Source: Candidatus Saccharimonadota bacterium (GTDB taxonomy: Bacteria; Patescibacteriota; Patescibacteriia; 2-12-FULL-60-25). Taken from it: DNA of 32,000 nucleotides. The stretch's first letter is position 1. Every line of letters begins with the position of its first letter. A program made the translations under genes and the position numbers. The stretch lies in the NCBI GenBank assembly GCA_022843095.1, contig JALHOH010000001.1:450001-482000 (forward strand), read 5' to 3'. The notes under the pieces were generated by a model. That model had not been told where the DNA came from, ran no database searches, and saw only the letters and a program-made list of their open reading frames with translations. Of this stretch, positions 7,223 through 14,522 are shown in pieces.

Positions 7223-8071
7223 ATGCCAATTAAGCAATATCGTCCGGTCACCAAAGGGCGCCGTCTCTCGTCGGTGCAGGACTTTTCGGATATCACCAAG
7301 ATGGAACCGGAGAAGTCGCTCATCACGATCCGCAAGAAGTACGCGGGTCGCACGGGCGGCAAAATCACGGTGCGTCACCAAGGCGGTGGCACGAAGAAGT
7401 TCCTCCGCGAGGTGGACTTCATCCGCGCACGTTTCGACATCCCGGCCACCGTCACGGCGGTCGAGTATGACCCGAATCGTGGCGCGCGTCTGGGTCTTAT
7501 CTCCTACAAGGACGGCGTGAAGAGCTACATCATTTTGCCGGATGGCATGAAGGTGGGCGACACGGTGGTTTCCTCGAAGGAGAAGGCGGAAATCGCGATG
7601 GGAAATCGTCTTCCGCTCGAAAAGATCCCGGTTGGGACCCCGGTCCACTGCGTCGAGCTTCAGCCCGGAAAGGGCGGTCAGCTTGGTCGCGGCGCCGGTG
7701 CCCGCATCGAGTTCGTGGCCATTGAAGGGGATTTTGCCACGCTCAAGCTTCCGTCGGGAGAAATGCGTATGGTTCCGAAGAGCTGTATGGCGACGATCGG
7801 AACGGTGTCGAACCCGGATTGGTCGCTTGTGCGCTGGGGGAAGGCCGGTCGTATGCGCCATCGCGGGATCCGTCCGACGGTTCGCGGGAAGGTGATGAAC
7901 CCGGTGGATCACCCGCACGGTGGTGGTGAAGGGAAGCATCCGATTGGGATGAAGTTCGCGAAGACGAAGTGGGGCAAGCACGCGCTTGGCGTGAAGACCC
8001 GCCGCGCGCACCGCGCATCCGACAAGCTCATTGTCATGCGCCGCCGCGGGAATAAGCTCAAGCTCTCGTAA
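7223..8071 (+). CDS. rplB: 50S ribosomal protein L2 (uL2)
   Basis: MPIKQYRPVTKGRR...VEYDPNR.A...I.Y.DG...YI..P.G...G...NPVDHPHGGGEG. The ORF-track start 7178 was rejected. Confidence 0.97.
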   Translation: MPIKQYRPVTKGRRLSSVQDFSDITKMEPEKSLITIRKKYAGRTGGKITVRHQGGGTKKFLREVDFIRARFDIPATVTAVEYDPNRGARLGLISYKDGVKSYIILPDGMKVGDTVVSSKEKAEIAMGNRLPLEKIPVGTPVHCVELQPGKGGQLGRGAGARIEFVAIEGDFATLKLPSGEMRMVPKSCMATIGTVSNPDWSLVRWGKAGRMRHRGIRPTVRGKVMNPVDHPHGGGEGKHPIGMKFAKTKWGKHALGVKTRRAHRASDKLIVMRRRGNKLKLS

Positions 8072-8074
8072 CCT

Positions 8075-8404
8075 ATGTCTCGAAGTCTGAAAAAGGGTCC
8101 CTTCGTGGATCCGAAACTCCTCGCCAAGGTGAAGAAGGCGGGTCCTGGCGCAAAGGCGCCAATCAAGACGTGGTCGCGTGCCTCGACGATCACGCCGGAA
8201 ATGGTGGGAATGACGTTCGCCGTGCACAACGGCCGCCAGTTCATCAACGTGTTCGTGGTCGAGAACATGGTCGGGCACAAGCTTGGAGAATTTTCTCCGA
8301 CGCGTAAGTTCACGCGGCATGGTGGGAAGTTGACGAAGGCGCTCGAAACCGCGAAGGCGGCGACGGCGGCTCCGGCAGCAGCCCCTGCAGCGGCGAAGAA
8401 GTAA
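8075..8404 (+). CDS. rpsS: 30S ribosomal protein S19 (uS19) with Ala/Pro/Lys C-terminal tail
   Basis: [15 protein letters not shown].......[39 protein letters not shown]. Confidence 0.95.
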   Translation: MSRSLKKGPFVDPKLLAKVKKAGPGAKAPIKTWSRASTITPEMVGMTFAVHNGRQFINVFVVENMVGHKLGEFSPTRKFTRHGGKLTKALETAKAATAAPAAAPAAAKK

Positions 8405-8407
8405 TCT

Positions 8408-8875
8408 ATGGACGTCCATGCATCTCTCCGGCATCTCCGCATGTCGCCCCGCAAGGTGCGCCTCGTGGTGAATGCTATCCGTGGGCAAAAGGCCACGGTG
8501 GCGGAAACCCGCCTTCAATTCATGCAACAGCGCGCGGCACAGCCGGTGCTGAAGCTCTTGCGTTCCGCCATGGCAAACGCGGTCAACAACTTCCAGCTTT
8601 CCAAGGAATCGTTGACGATCGCGAAGATCACGGCGGACGGTGGTCCGTCGCTCAAGCGGTTTTCTCCGCGAGCGTTCGGTCGCGCCGCGCCGATCCGTCA
8701 GCGCACCGCACACATCATGATCACGCTTACCTCTCCGGAAGCTGGTCGTGCCAAGGCGGTTGCAGAAACGACGGAAAAGACGACCAAGAAGTCCGCGGCA
8801 CAGGCCAAGAAGCCAGCCGCCGCTCGTGCCAAAAAGGCCAAGGCACCGAGTGTCAAAAAAGAGGCCGCTTCCTAA
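8408..8875 (+). CDS. rplV: 50S ribosomal protein L22 (uL22) with ~44-aa Lys/Ala-rich C-terminal tail
   Basis: LRMSPRKVRLV.N.IRG......L.F....A...V.K.L.SA.ANA......RA.GRA..I..RT.HI.I.L. Confidence 0.95.
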   Translation: MDVHASLRHLRMSPRKVRLVVNAIRGQKATVAETRLQFMQQRAAQPVLKLLRSAMANAVNNFQLSKESLTIAKITADGGPSLKRFSPRAFGRAAPIRQRTAHIMITLTSPEAGRAKAVAETTEKTTKKSAAQAKKPAAARAKKAKAPSVKKEAAS

Positions 8876-8878
8876 TCT

Positions 8879-9694
8879 ATGGCACACAAAGTCCATCCCA
8901 TCGTGTTCCGTCTCGGGACCGTGACCACCTGGCCTTCTCGCTGGTTCGCACGTTCCGGTTCGTACCGGCAGAACCTCGAGCAAGACTTGGAGCTTCGCTC
9001 CTTCCTTGCGAAGGAATTGAAGGAAGCGGCGGTGAATCGCATCGATATCGAACGTTCCCGCGCTGCTGTCACCGTCCAAATCTGGTCGGCGAAGCCGGGG
9101 ATCGTCATCGGTCGCTCCGGCGACGGCATCGATGCACTCCGCGCGAAAATTTTGAAGAAGTTCTTCCCTGGAAAGACGAAGACGACGCAGTTGCACATCG
9201 CCGTCCACGAAGTTTCCAAGCCTTCCTTGGAAGCCGCGTTGGTTGCGCAGGGCATCGTTCTTGACCTCGAACGCCGCATGGCATTCCGCCGGGTCATGAA
9301 GATGACGCTTGAGCGCGTCAAGAAGGCCGGTGCACTTGGGGCAAAGGTCTGTCTCTCTGGTCGGTTGAACGGTGCGGAAATTGCTCGTACGGAAAAGCTT
9401 TCCTGGGGCAAGATCCCGCTTACGAACTTGCGTGCGGACATTGATTATCATCAGACGTTTGCGCGTACGATGGCGGGAGCTATCGGCGTCAAAGTCTGGA
9501 TCTACCGTGGCGACATCTTTGCCCAGGACCGTCTTTCGGCCTACCAGCCGACGACGCCGTCTCGTGGGGGACGCGACGGGGAACGCCGTGGTGGCGGCCG
9601 CTTTGGCCAGGATCGCCGCGGTGGTGGTCGCGGTTACACGCCGCGCCCAGCTGCCCCAGCCGCCGAAGGTGCCGTTGCGCCGGTCAATTCCTAA
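8879..9694 (+). CDS. rpsC: 30S ribosomal protein S3 (uS3) with Arg/Gly-rich C-terminal tail
   Basis: MAHKVHPIVFRLG....W.SRWFA........LEQD..LR.FL.KEL..A.V..I.IER is the KH-domain S3. The tail is SRGGRDGERRGGGRFGQDRRGGGRG. Confidence 0.95.
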   Translation: MAHKVHPIVFRLGTVTTWPSRWFARSGSYRQNLEQDLELRSFLAKELKEAAVNRIDIERSRAAVTVQIWSAKPGIVIGRSGDGIDALRAKILKKFFPGKTKTTQLHIAVHEVSKPSLEAALVAQGIVLDLERRMAFRRVMKMTLERVKKAGALGAKVCLSGRLNGAEIARTEKLSWGKIPLTNLRADIDYHQTFARTMAGAIGVKVWIYRGDIFAQDRLSAYQPTTPSRGGRDGERRGGGRFGQDRRGGGRGYTPRPAAPAAEGAVAPVNS

Positions 9695-9703
9695 CCTTCG
9701 CGT

Positions 9704-10117
9704 ATGTTGATCCCGAAGAAAGTCAAACACCGCAAGTGGCACAAGGGCCGCGCGCGGAACATCCGCCACGCGACGGACAAGATCGAACTCGCGTTTGGAG
9801 CCTACGGGCTTAAGGCGATGACCCCGTCGTGGGTGTCGAGCCAGCAGATCGAAGCGGCTCGCCGCGTGCTGACGCGCTACATCAAGCGTGGAGGCAAGAT
9901 CTGGATCCGGATTTTCCCGGACAAGCCGATCACGAAAAAGGGCAACGAAGTGCCGATGGGTGCCGGGAAAGGTGCCGTCGACCACTACGTCGCTGTGGTG
10001 AAGCCGGGAACTGTGCTGTTCGAAATGGACGGCATCTCGGAAGCCTCGGCAAAGGAAGCGCTGGAATCGGCTGCCTACAAGCTCGCTTCCGTCTGTAAAT
10101 TCATCCGCAACGCTTAA
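9704..10117 (+). CDS. rplP: 50S ribosomal protein L16 (uL16)
   Basis: [16 protein letters not shown]......FG.YGLKA.....V.S.QIEAARR...[23 protein letters not shown]. Confidence 0.97.
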   Translation: MLIPKKVKHRKWHKGRARNIRHATDKIELAFGAYGLKAMTPSWVSSQQIEAARRVLTRYIKRGGKIWIRIFPDKPITKKGNEVPMGAGKGAVDHYVAVVKPGTVLFEMDGISEASAKEALESAAYKLASVCKFIRNA

Positions 10118-10120
10118 TGT

Positions 10121-10321
10121 ATGGACGCCAACGCATTGCGTCAGTCGTCGTCGGTGGAACGGGAACGCTTGGTCGCGGAATTGCGTGCCAAGATCCAGAA
10201 ACTCCGCCGCGCCGCTGCTACCCGCGCGCTTTCGAACGTCCGTGAGCTGCGCGAAACCCGTGCCGCTCTCGCTCGTCTTTTGACGGTGCGGAACGAAGCG
10301 CCTACGGAGAAGACCTCCTAA
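10121..10321 (+). CDS. rpmC: 50S ribosomal protein L29 (uL29)
   Basis: 66 aa at the L29 position, with a helical-hairpin pattern (LRQSS..ER..LVAELRAK...LR.........N.RELRETR.ALARLLTV). Confidence 0.88.
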   Translation: MDANALRQSSSVERERLVAELRAKIQKLRRAAATRALSNVRELRETRAALARLLTVRNEAPTEKTS

Positions 10322-10324
10322 CCT

Positions 10325-10618
10325 ATGACCGCAGAAACGAAGAACGCATCTGTCTCGACGCACCGCCGCTTTGAAGGGACGGTTGTCTCGACGCGCATGC
10401 AGAAGACGGCGGTCGTTCGCATCGATCGCCGCGTTGCCCACGCGAAATACGGCAAGTATTTCACGCTGACGACGAAATTCATGGTCCATGACCCGGAAGG
10501 AAAGGCGAAGGTCGGGGACCTCATCACCTTTGAAGAATGCCGTCCGTTGTCGCGCAACAAGCGCTGGCGCTACGTCGCCACCGTGAAGGCTGCGATGCCG
10601 GCGGGTTCCGCAAGCTAA
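10325..10618 (+). CDS. rpsQ: 30S ribosomal protein S17 (uS17)
   Basis: [30 protein letters not shown]......KF.VHD......VGD.I.F.ECRPLS..KRW. Confidence 0.92.
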   Translation: MTAETKNASVSTHRRFEGTVVSTRMQKTAVVRIDRRVAHAKYGKYFTLTTKFMVHDPEGKAKVGDLITFEECRPLSRNKRWRYVATVKAAMPAGSAS

Positions 10619-10619
10619 T

Positions 10620-10991
10620 ATGGTGCAACATCGTTCCATGCTGAACGTGGCGGACAACACCGGAGCAAAATTGCTTCAGTGCATCCACGTACACGGTGGC
10701 CACGGCAAGCGCTACGGCCGCATCGGCGACCTTCTCACGTGTGTCGTGAAGGAGGCGGCGCCACGCGGGACCGTCAAGAAGTCGGACATCGTTCACGTCG
10801 TGCTCGTGCGCTCCCGCAAGGAAGTGCGCCGCAAGGACGGAACCTACATCCGCTTCAGCGAAAACGCCGGGGTGATCGTGGATAAGAAATCGAAGGACCC
10901 GAAAGGGACGCGTATCTTTGGACCGGTCGCGCGCGAATTGCGCACGCGTGGGTTCGTGAAAATCGTCTCGCTCGCTCCGGAAGTGCTGTAA
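10620..10991 (+). CDS. rplN: 50S ribosomal protein L14 (uL14)
   Basis: [24 protein letters not shown]...RY..IGD...C.VK.A.P.G.VKK........VR......R.DG.YIRF..NA.V. Confidence 0.97.
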   Translation: MVQHRSMLNVADNTGAKLLQCIHVHGGHGKRYGRIGDLLTCVVKEAAPRGTVKKSDIVHVVLVRSRKEVRRKDGTYIRFSENAGVIVDKKSKDPKGTRIFGPVARELRTRGFVKIVSLAPEVL

Positions 10992-10995
10992 TCCT

Positions 10996-11262
10996 ATGCC
11001 AAAGCTCCATGTGAAAACGGGGGACGAAGTGATCGTCCTCGCCGGAAAAGACGCCGGCAAGCGTGGCAAGGTGACGCAGGTGTTTCCGGAAAAGAACCGG
11101 GTGGTGGTGGAGGGGTTGAACCTCATGAAGCGCCACTTGAAGCCACGCCGCGCTGACACGCCGGGTCAAATCGTCGAATTCTCCATGCCGATGCATGCTT
11201 CCAACGTGAAGCGCTTCGCCGCCGAAAAGGCAGAGAAGAAGACGAAGAAAGCCAAGGCGTAA
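10996..11262 (+). CDS. rplX: 50S ribosomal protein L24 (uL24)
   Basis: KTGDEVIVLAGKDAGKRGKV..V.P..NRVVVEG.N..KRH.KP is the KOW motif, at the L24 position. Confidence 0.92.
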   Translation: MPKLHVKTGDEVIVLAGKDAGKRGKVTQVFPEKNRVVVEGLNLMKRHLKPRRADTPGQIVEFSMPMHASNVKRFAAEKAEKKTKKAKA

Positions 11263-11271
11263 CGCCCAACT

Positions 11272-11811
11272 ATGACGCTCAAAGAACGCTACCAAAAAGA
11301 GATCGTCCCCATGCTGAAGGAGAAGACGGGGGCGACGAACGCGATGGCCGTGCCCAAAGTGGTCAAGGTCATGGTTACGGTCGGCTTGAACGCCGCGCAG
11401 AAAGATCCGAAGGTGCTCGAAACGGTCGAACAGACCTTGCGCCGCATCACGGGTCAGAAGCCGGTGCAGACGAAAGCAAAGAAATCCATCGCCAGCTTCA
11501 AGATTCGCGAAGGGATGGTGGTCGGCATGATGGTGACCCTTCGTGGCGATCGCATGTGGGACTTTTTGACCAAATTGACGAACGCGGCATTCCCGCGCAT
11601 CCGTGACTTCCGTGGGTTGAACCCGAAGTCCGTGGACGCAGAAGGGAACTTGTCCATCGGATTCAAGGAACACATTGCGTTCCCGGAAATCCGCACGGAC
11701 GAGGTGGAGCGCTTGCACGGTCTTCAGATCACGGTGGTCACCACCGCGCATGATCGTGAGATCGGTACGGAATTGTTCCGTGCGCTCGGCTTCCCGCTTC
11801 GCACCGCCTAA
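11272..11811 (+). CDS. rplE: 50S ribosomal protein L5 (uL5)
   Basis: LKERY.KEIVP.L........N.MAVPK..KV.V..G........K.LE.....[36 protein letters not shown]. Confidence 0.95.
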   Translation: MTLKERYQKEIVPMLKEKTGATNAMAVPKVVKVMVTVGLNAAQKDPKVLETVEQTLRRITGQKPVQTKAKKSIASFKIREGMVVGMMVTLRGDRMWDFLTKLTNAAFPRIRDFRGLNPKSVDAEGNLSIGFKEHIAFPEIRTDEVERLHGLQITVVTTAHDREIGTELFRALGFPLRTA

Positions 11812-11822
11812 CCCACAACGCT

Positions 11823-12008
11823 ATGGCTACTGAATCGCAAATCGCAAAATCCAAGCGCAAGCCGAAGTTTTCGTCGCGGGCAGTCCGGCGCTGCTGGCGC
11901 TGTGGACGCAAGCGCGGATTTATCCGGGACTTCGAACTCTGCCGCATTTGTTTCCGTGAATTGGCGAACCGTGGCGAGCTGCCCGGCGTAACCAAGTCCA
12001 GCTGGTAA
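11823..12008 (+). CDS. rpsN: 30S ribosomal protein S14, short zinc-binding type (61 aa)
   Basis: [42 protein letters not shown] contains the CxxC...CxxC pair. Confidence 0.93.
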   Translation: MATESQIAKSKRKPKFSSRAVRRCWRCGRKRGFIRDFELCRICFRELANRGELPGVTKSSW

Positions 12009-12018
12009 CCTCCTACGT

Positions 12019-12411
12019 ATGATGACGGACCCAATCAGCGACTTTCTGACGCGCATCCGCAATGCGCTCGCCGCCCGCCACGATGTCGTGACGGCGCCGT
12101 CTTCGCGTCTCAAGCTCCAGATCGCCAAAATCTTGGCGGCCGAAGGGTTTTTGGCCGAAGTGCGCGAGGAAAAGGATGGCGCGAAATCCATGATCGTCGC
12201 GCAGCTTAAATATAACGGAAAGCAGCCGGTGATCCGCTCGATCACGCGCGTCTCCAAGCCGGGGAAGCGGGTGTATCGCGGGTCGCGTGAACTGCCGACC
12301 GTGCTCTCAAACCAAGGGATTGCCATCGTCTCCACGTCTGCGGGGGTGATGACGAACCGAGAGGCTCGCCGCCGCAAGTTGGGCGGGGAGGTCTTGTGTG
12401 AAGTCTTCTAA
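12019..12411 (+). CDS. rpsH: 30S ribosomal protein S8 (uS8)
   Basis: MTDPISDFLTRIRNA..A.H..V..P.S..K..IAKIL..EGF........SKPG.RVY......P.V.N..GIAIVSTS.GVMT..EAR....GGEVLC.V. The start may be 12019 or 12022 (MM). Confidence 0.95.
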   Translation: MMTDPISDFLTRIRNALAARHDVVTAPSSRLKLQIAKILAAEGFLAEVREEKDGAKSMIVAQLKYNGKQPVIRSITRVSKPGKRVYRGSRELPTVLSNQGIAIVSTSAGVMTNREARRRKLGGEVLCEVF

Positions 12412-12420
12412 CAAACGCCT

Positions 12421-12972
12421 ATGTCTCGTATTGGGAAAAAGCCGGTTCTCCTTGCCCAGGGCGTCGATGCCCAGGTGCAGGACAACCAGGTGATCGTGAA
12501 GGGACCGAAAGGAACCCTCACCGTGGCGTTGCCGCCGCTTACCACCGCCTCGGTGGTGGCGGATCCGCGGTCGGTGCAAATCGCCGTCGGGCATGAAGAT
12601 CGTGTGGAAGATCGCGCGCAGTGGGGGTTGGCTCGCCAGCTCGTGCAAAACGCGGTTGACGGGGTGCAGAAGCCGTTCGAAAAGCAGCTCGAATTCGTGG
12701 GGGTCGGCTACAAGGTCGCCCTTCAAGGACGCGATCTCGTGATGGACGTCGGCTACTCGCACCAAGTACCCTTCACCCTGCCGGAAGGCGTGGAAGCGAA
12801 GGTGGAAAAGCAGGTGGTGACCCTCGCCTCCGCGGATAAGCAGTTGGTCGGTGAAACGGCCGCGCGCATCCGCCGGATCCGCCCGCCGGAACCGTACAAG
12901 GGGAAGGGGATCAAATACGTGGATGAAGTCATTCGCCGCAAGGCCGGGAAGACGGCCAAGTCCGGCGCGTAA
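12421..12972 (+). CDS. rplF: 50S ribosomal protein L6 (uL6)
   Basis: MSRIGKKPV..........V..V.VKGPKG.L......L.F.GVGYK....G..L....GYSH.V.......V.......[18 protein letters not shown]. Confidence 0.95.
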   Translation: MSRIGKKPVLLAQGVDAQVQDNQVIVKGPKGTLTVALPPLTTASVVADPRSVQIAVGHEDRVEDRAQWGLARQLVQNAVDGVQKPFEKQLEFVGVGYKVALQGRDLVMDVGYSHQVPFTLPEGVEAKVEKQVVTLASADKQLVGETAARIRRIRPPEPYKGKGIKYVDEVIRRKAGKTAKSGA

Positions 12973-12989
12973 TTCTTGCAGAAACGCCT

Positions 12990-13352
12990 ATGTCTAAGAC
13001 GACCATGCAAGCACGCGCTGCCCGCCGCCTCGCTCGGGTGCGCGCCAAGATTTCTGGAACGAGCGAACGCCCGCGTCTCGCCGTGTCTCGCAGTTTGAAA
13101 CACATTGCCGCGCAGTTGATTGACGACGTGGCAGGAAAGACCCTCGTGGCCGCGAACGATACGGAGATCGCGGACGCGGATCGCAAGGGAAAGAAGAAGG
13201 CGGAACTCGCGTTTTTGGTGGGGAAACTCATCGCGGAACGCGCGAAAGCCAAGGGAGTATCGACGGTCGTGTTTGACCGCCGCGATAAGCAATTTCATGG
13301 CCGCGTGAAAGCCGTCGCTGACGGCGCACGTGAAGCCGGACTGACGTTCTAG
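12990..13352 (+). CDS. rplR: 50S ribosomal protein L18 (uL18)
   Basis: R.R.KI.GT.ERPRLAV.RS.KHI.AQLIDD..G.TL.AA.......FDR....[17 protein letters not shown]. Confidence 0.93.
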   Translation: MSKTTMQARAARRLARVRAKISGTSERPRLAVSRSLKHIAAQLIDDVAGKTLVAANDTEIADADRKGKKKAELAFLVGKLIAERAKAKGVSTVVFDRRDKQFHGRVKAVADGAREAGLTF

Positions 13353-13355
13353 CCT

Positions 13356-14036
13356 ATGTCCGACCAAGTACAAACGACGCCGACGCCGGCAGCACCGGCC
13401 GCACCGGCAGCACCAGCGACGTCCGCGCCTCAGGGCGGTCGTCCGATGGGTCGTCCGATGGGAGGGGGCCGTGGCCAGGGTGGCCGTGGCGGGTTTGGCG
13501 GAAATCGCGGAGGTCGCGGCGGCCAGGGTGGTCGCGGGGGCGACCGTCGCGGTCCGCGCCCGGACGTTCCGGCGGAAGCGGATTATGAAGAAAAGAATCT
13601 CGAGATCGCTCGCGTGACGCGTGTGACCAAGGGAGGGAAGCGCATGCGCTTCCGTGCTCTGACGGTCATCGGGAATCGCAAGGGGCGTGTCGGATTCGGG
13701 ATTGCGAAGGGGATCGACGTCGCGGGGGCGACGTCCAAAGCCACGACGCAGGCGCGCAAGGCGCTGCTCTCGGTTCCGTTGAAAGACGAAACCGTACCAC
13801 ACCAGGTGATCGCAAAGTTCGGTGCTTCGCGCGTGCTGCTGAAGCCCGCCCCGAAAGGGACCGGGATCAAGGCGGGGGGCGCGGTGCGCATCGTGCTTGA
13901 ACTCGCGGGTGTTCCAAACGTGGTGTCCAAGATTCTTGGATCCTCGAACAAGATCAATAACGTAAAAGCGACCTTTGCTGCGTTGCGCATGCTCCGCATG
14001 CCAGCGGCGAAGGAAGCGGATACGAAGACCTCCTAA
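13356..14036 (+). CDS. rpsE: 30S ribosomal protein S5 (uS5) with ~70-aa Pro/Ala then Arg/Gly-rich N-terminal extension
   Basis: The core is VTRVTKGGKRMRFRAL.V.GN..GRVGFG.AKG..V..A..KA...A.K........VPH.V...FG...V.L.PA..GTG..AGG..R.VLE.AG. The N-terminus carries GGGRGQGGRGGFGGNRGGRGGQGGRGG. Confidence 0.93.
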   Translation: MSDQVQTTPTPAAPAAPAAPATSAPQGGRPMGRPMGGGRGQGGRGGFGGNRGGRGGQGGRGGDRRGPRPDVPAEADYEEKNLEIARVTRVTKGGKRMRFRALTVIGNRKGRVGFGIAKGIDVAGATSKATTQARKALLSVPLKDETVPHQVIAKFGASRVLLKPAPKGTGIKAGGAVRIVLELAGVPNVVSKILGSSNKINNVKATFAALRMLRMPAAKEADTKTS

Positions 14037-14039
14037 CCT

Positions 14040-14474
14040 ATGTTGTCCATGCATGCGCTCGCCCCGGCAAAAGGGGCACGCACCAAATCGTTCCGCATCG
14101 GTCGCGGACTCGGTTCGGGTCGCGGCAAAACCGCGGGTCGCGGGACCAAGGGGCAGAAGTCCCGCTCCGGCGGCAGCAACAAGCTGGTCTTGAAGGGGTT
14201 GAAGCAGATGTTGCTCGCGTTCCCGAAGTCGCGCGGATTCCAGAGCCGCTTTGTGAAAGCGGCGACGGTGCCGGTTGCGAAGCTTGCGGCGTTTGAGGAC
14301 GGATCCAAGGTGGATTTGGCCACGCTGAAAGCCAAGGGATTGGTGCTTCGCACCGCCCTCTCTGCCAAGGTGATCGGCGGCGGAGAGCTCAAGAAGAAAA
14401 TGCACCTGAAGGGCATCGCCACGACGGCCGGCGCGAAAGCGCAGATCGAAGCGGCGGGCGGCTCGGTGAAATAA
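14040..14474 (+). CDS. rplO: 50S ribosomal protein L15 (uL15)
   Basis: L.PA.GA...S.R.GRG.GSG.GKT.GRG.KGQKSRSGG. It starts 3 nt after the rpsE TAA, so there is no room for rpmD. Confidence 0.93.
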   Translation: MLSMHALAPAKGARTKSFRIGRGLGSGRGKTAGRGTKGQKSRSGGSNKLVLKGLKQMLLAFPKSRGFQSRFVKAATVPVAKLAAFEDGSKVDLATLKAKGLVLRTALSAKVIGGGELKKKMHLKGIATTAGAKAQIEAAGGSVK

Positions 14475-14481
14475 TTCCTGA

Positions 14482-14510
14482 CAATGTACGCGCATGAGGC
14501 GCGTACATTG
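14482..14510 (+). promoter_or_regulatory. Very stable hairpin between rplO and secY (no U-tract)
   Basis: 12-bp perfect stem CAATGTACGCGC (14482-14493) / GCGCGTACATTG (14499-14510) with loop ATGAG. It buries the ORF-track ATG at 14484. Confidence 0.6.
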
Positions 14511-14522
14511 GTTTCTCGACGT

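Noticed and set aside
7100-10660. 1186-aa ORF on the minus strand spanning rplB to rpsQ
   Set aside because: It lies antisense to seven unmistakable ribosomal protein genes. The product is extreme Arg/His/Leu-rich low-complexity sequence with no domain pattern. It stays open only because the seven sense genes share one frame and their codon bias avoids the codons (TTA, CTA, TCA) that read as stops on the opposite strand.
12753-14495. 580-aa minus-strand ORF across rplF-rplR-rpsE-rplO
   Set aside because: This is the same artefact: it lies antisense to the second in-frame string of r-protein genes, and the product is Arg-rich junk.
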